A DNA stretch of 17,552 bases, from positions 1 to 17,552 of the forward strand of contig WALU01000015.1 of NCBI GenBank assembly GCA_015522685.1, in the 5' to 3' direction. Positions 14,872-17,552 of the stretch are shown piece after piece (position 1 is the first letter of the stretch; each line of letters starts with the position of its first letter). The notes under the pieces are model-generated. The model was given only the letters and a program-made list of their open reading frames with translations, had not been told where the DNA came from and did no database searches. Position numbers and translations under genes: made by a program. Source of the DNA: Thermoproteota archaeon (GTDB lineage Archaea > Korarchaeota > Korarchaeia > Korarchaeales > Korarchaeaceae).

Positions 14872-15705
14872 CTAGATGATCATTGATGCAGTGATTATCA
14901 TTAAGGCACCTAAGCTTCCTGTCAAGCCTAAAGGCTCTCCCATGAGCAGGCCTATCATCAGAGCTACGAAGGGCTCTAGTGTTGATATAACACTTGCTGT
15001 ACTCGCTTCTATTACCTTAAGACCTTTAGCTTGCAAAATATAAGGTATAACTGCTGTGAAAATACCTAGATATACTATAGAGGCTAGAGAGACTAGAGTA
15101 ACTCTTAGGGAGAAGAAAGGCAGAAGCTCTAGAGATGTCCATATTAAGGGGGAGGCACCCACTTTTACGGGATCATAACCGTATAGCATGAGCTTCCTTA
15201 CATAGATTATCATGCCTGCATAGAAAAAGGCTGACATGAGGCCTAGGAGTATACCTAGTGGGTTAGGGCTAAACAGCCCTTCCTTGAACTGGGTTAAGAT
15301 GACCCCAAAAGTCGCTAAGATAGCTGCTATCAGTTTTTTAATCGTAATTCTCTCCCTCAGCAGTAGAGGAGATAGTAGGGTTACTATTGTTGGTGCTAGA
15401 TAGAGCAGAGCCGCAGCTATTCCTATACCTGAATATTTGATGCTGTAGATGTAGCTGAAGTAGAGGGGACCGACCAAGAGCAAACCCATCTTGGCCATCC
15501 TCAAGTCCAAAAAACTAGATTTGATTAGAGGTAGACCTATCATGAAACCTATTAAAGCCCTGAAAAATGCTATGGATCCGGGGGTCATTCTATCCAGCAT
15601 AGCAAGGCTGGCAACTAAGCCTAATGTTCCCCATAGAGAAGCTGCGGTCGTTATGTATACCTTGCCCAAAAATCTGTCTCTCATTTCCCGACACTCAGAG
15701 AGCAT
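14872..15705 (-). CDS. EamA/DMT family transporter
   Basis: About ten TM helices in two repeats; LWGT, AFFR, AAALLYLAP, G..VIEASTASVISTLEP motifs. Confidence 0.93.
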   Translation of the reverse strand: MLSECREMRDRFLGKVYITTAASLWGTLGLVASLAMLDRMTPGSIAFFRALIGFMIGLPLIKSSFLDLRMAKMGLLLVGPLYFSYIYSIKYSGIGIAAALLYLAPTIVTLLSPLLLRERITIKKLIAAILATFGVILTQFKEGLFSPNPLGILLGLMSAFFYAGMIIYVRKLMLYGYDPVKVGASPLIWTSLELLPFFSLRVTLVSLASIVYLGIFTAVIPYILQAKGLKVIEASTASVISTLEPFVALMIGLLMGEPLGLTGSLGALMIITASMII

Positions 15706-15799
15706 ATTTAATATATCTGCCTGATTGGATATACCGATTAATAAGGTTTTATATCAGAAAAAGCTGAAAAACTACTAATTATCAACGCTGGCGGATCTA

Positions 15800-16140
15800 C
15801 CCAGAGAATTTGGTGAGACAATCTCTTGGATGAGAATAAAGAGATAGGGGTCATAAGGTTGGCTATGAGGAACTTTTTAGTCAGTAGATAACTTCCTATC
15901 TATCAGGTAGGTAGTAGAGGGATATAGGGAAATTCTCGAGATATTGAGCAAGCCTTCAAGGTGCTTAGAAGTCAAGAGAGGAATTAACATATCCTTAGAA
16001 ATAAATATAAGTAATAAAGAAGTTCCTAATTATCTAGATGAAGTGCTAGAATATAGATCTATTACTAAAAAGACGTATTATATGAGATAGCTGATCCACT
16101 CTTGGCGGAAGCTGCCAGAAGGGACTATGCTAGGCAGCAA
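15800..16140 (+). pseudogene. Decayed C-terminal winged-helix part of an archaeal ATPase (ATPase_2-type)
   Basis: Fragments GYREILEIL / RCLEVKRGINISLEINISNKEVPNYLDEVLEYRSITKK / YEIADPLLAEAARR (16081-16122) match the 'RY..IL...W.EIK....I.......L..L..Y..I.K....Y.I.DP' pattern; multiple frameshifts. Confidence 0.55.
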
Positions 16141-16277
16141 TTCTTATACCTTTTTGTTTTTAATTTACTATATGTCATCAATGGATTCATTTTCTATAAC
16201 AATATTAACAAAAATGTAGAGTTGAGGCTCTTAAACTAAGAAAATTTCAATGAAGGAAAAATAGCAGTCACATCCTG

Positions 16278-16299
16278 CGATAATGCTTTTAAGTTATCG
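16278..16299 (+). promoter_or_regulatory. TATA box embedded in an inverted repeat upstream of aor
   Basis: CGATAA-N10-TTATCG encloses TTTTAAG (16287-16293), 36-42 nt before ATG 16329. Confidence 0.55.
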
Positions 16300-16328
16300 G
16301 TATGAATTACATCATAAGATGATTTGTT

Positions 16329-17552
16329 ATGAATGCAGGGGGATATATAGGTAAGATTTTAAGGACAGATCTATCCACTGGATCAATCAAGGTCGAGCCA
16401 ACATCCGAGGAGATCGCCAAGAGATATATAGGAGGAAAGGGATACGCAGTCTATCTTCTTTACCAATACCTCAAGGAGTATATATCAAAAGGGATTGCTC
16501 CCAGGGATATAAATCCGTTAGGACCAGAGAATGTTCTGGTACTGGCAACAGGTCCTGGTACTGGCATTCCAGGCTTTCCATCCCCAGGCAGGTACCATGC
16601 CATGGCCCTGAGAGCCCCTCTAACAGGGTCAATAGGGAGCGGTAATTCTGGAGGAGAGTGGGGGACCTACCTCAAGATGGCTGGCTATGATGCTATCATA
16701 CTAGAAGGTGCATCTGAAGAGCCTGTTTATCTCTCCATAGTAGATGGAGAAGCTGAACTCAAGGGAGCGAAGGATCTATGGGGCGGGAATACTTTTATTA
16801 CGGATAAAGTGCTTAAGAGAAGAATAGGAAGGAGGAACGCTAGTGTTCTCTGTATAGGGCCAGCGGGAGAGAATCTAACTTATTTTGCCAGTATTATAAA
16901 TGATGAGCACAGATCCGCTGGTAGAGGTGGGCTAGGAGCAGTCATGGGATCCAAGAAGCTCAAGGGTATTGTGGTATCTGGTACTCAGAGATTACCAATA
17001 GCGAACAGGGAGAAGTATCAAGAAGCTTCTAAGAAAGCTTTGGATATGATGAAGAAGAACTCTGTGACTGGGGAGGGCTTATCTAAATATGGAACAGCCA
17101 TCTTAGTAAATATAATAAATCAGGCTGGGATGCTCCCCTACAAGAATTGGCAGACTGGCGTTAACCCCAATGCAGATAAGATAAGTGGTGAATACCTAGA
17201 AGCCAATTATCTCATAAGGAATAGGGCATGTTGGGGATGCACTTCGGCATGTGGAAGGGTGACGAAAGTTGAATCAGGGCCATATCAGGTCCTATACAGT
17301 GAGGGCCCAGAATATGAGTCTATATGGGCTCTAGGAAGTTCCACTGCTGTAAATAACTTGGAAGCCATAATAAAGGCCAATCATTATTGTGATGAATTCG
17401 GCTTGGATACCATATCAATGGGATCTACGATAGCTGCTGCTATGGAGCTGAATGAGAAGGGTTACATACCGAAAGAGGACTTGGAAGGACTGGACCTCAG
17501 ATTTGGTAACGCTGCAGCTCTAGTTGAGGCTGTATGGCGCACTGCCCACAAG
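16329..17552 (+). CDS. aor: Aldehyde:ferredoxin oxidoreductase (tungstopterin AOR family), 3' end outside the window
   Basis: ATG 16329: MNAGGYIGKILRTDLSTG...YIGGKG...PLGPEN...APLTG..GSGNSGG.WG..LK.AGYDAI...CIGPAGENL...AGRGGLGAVMGSKKLK...CWGCTSAC...EGPEYES...CDEFGLDTIS. Absent from the ORF track because no stop occurs in the window. Confidence 0.97.
   Translation, partial: MNAGGYIGKILRTDLSTGSIKVEPTSEEIAKRYIGGKGYAVYLLYQYLKEYISKGIAPRDINPLGPENVLVLATGPGTGIPGFPSPGRYHAMALRAPLTGSIGSGNSGGEWGTYLKMAGYDAIILEGASEEPVYLSIVDGEAELKGAKDLWGGNTFITDKVLKRRIGRRNASVLCIGPAGENLTYFASIINDEHRSAGRGGLGAVMGSKKLKGIVVSGTQRLPIANREKYQEASKKALDMMKKNSVTGEGLSKYGTAILVNIINQAGMLPYKNWQTGVNPNADKISGEYLEANYLIRNRACWGCTSACGRVTKVESGPYQVLYSEGPEYESIWALGSSTAVNNLEAIIKANHYCDEFGLDTISMGSTIAAAMELNEKGYIPKEDLEGLDLRFGNAAALVEAVWRTAHK

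Noticed and set aside
11888-15724. Tracked plus-strand ORFs within the fix operon and EamA gene
   Set aside because: All are antisense to high-confidence conserved genes.

Overview
Archaeal DNA, judged by GGTGA/GGAGG ribosome-binding sites, TATA-like boxes about 25 nt before leaderless starts and the gene content. It is probably from an anaerobic thermophile (inference; lineage cannot be fixed from the sequence). The left ~11 kb is an accessory island, much of it decayed. It holds remnants of a BglI-like restriction endonuclease, an HNH nuclease and PIN/HEPN toxins, a disabled AbiEi/AbiEii type IV toxin-antitoxin pair, an intact HEPN-MNT pair, an ATP-cone/PD-(D/E)xK nuclease fusion, an atypical HhH-GPD protein and a hendecad-repeat coiled-coil protein. 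Threaded through it on the minus strand is a set of small genes: a 58-aa Lys/Arg-rich peptide missed by the ORF track (WRKKRSDAG core, KKKKFLGLF tail), a YdjM-like membrane metallohydrolase, two PH-like proteins and a Pro/Tyr-rich membrane protein. This set is the best candidate for an undescribed system. The right ~6.5 kb is core anaerobic metabolism: a fixC-fixX-fixA-fixB (EtfABCX) operon, an EamA transporter and the 5' part of an aldehyde:ferredoxin oxidoreductase that the ORF track omits. No rRNA, tRNA, CRISPR array or transposase could be supported. All family assignments come from reading motifs by eye; no searches were run.
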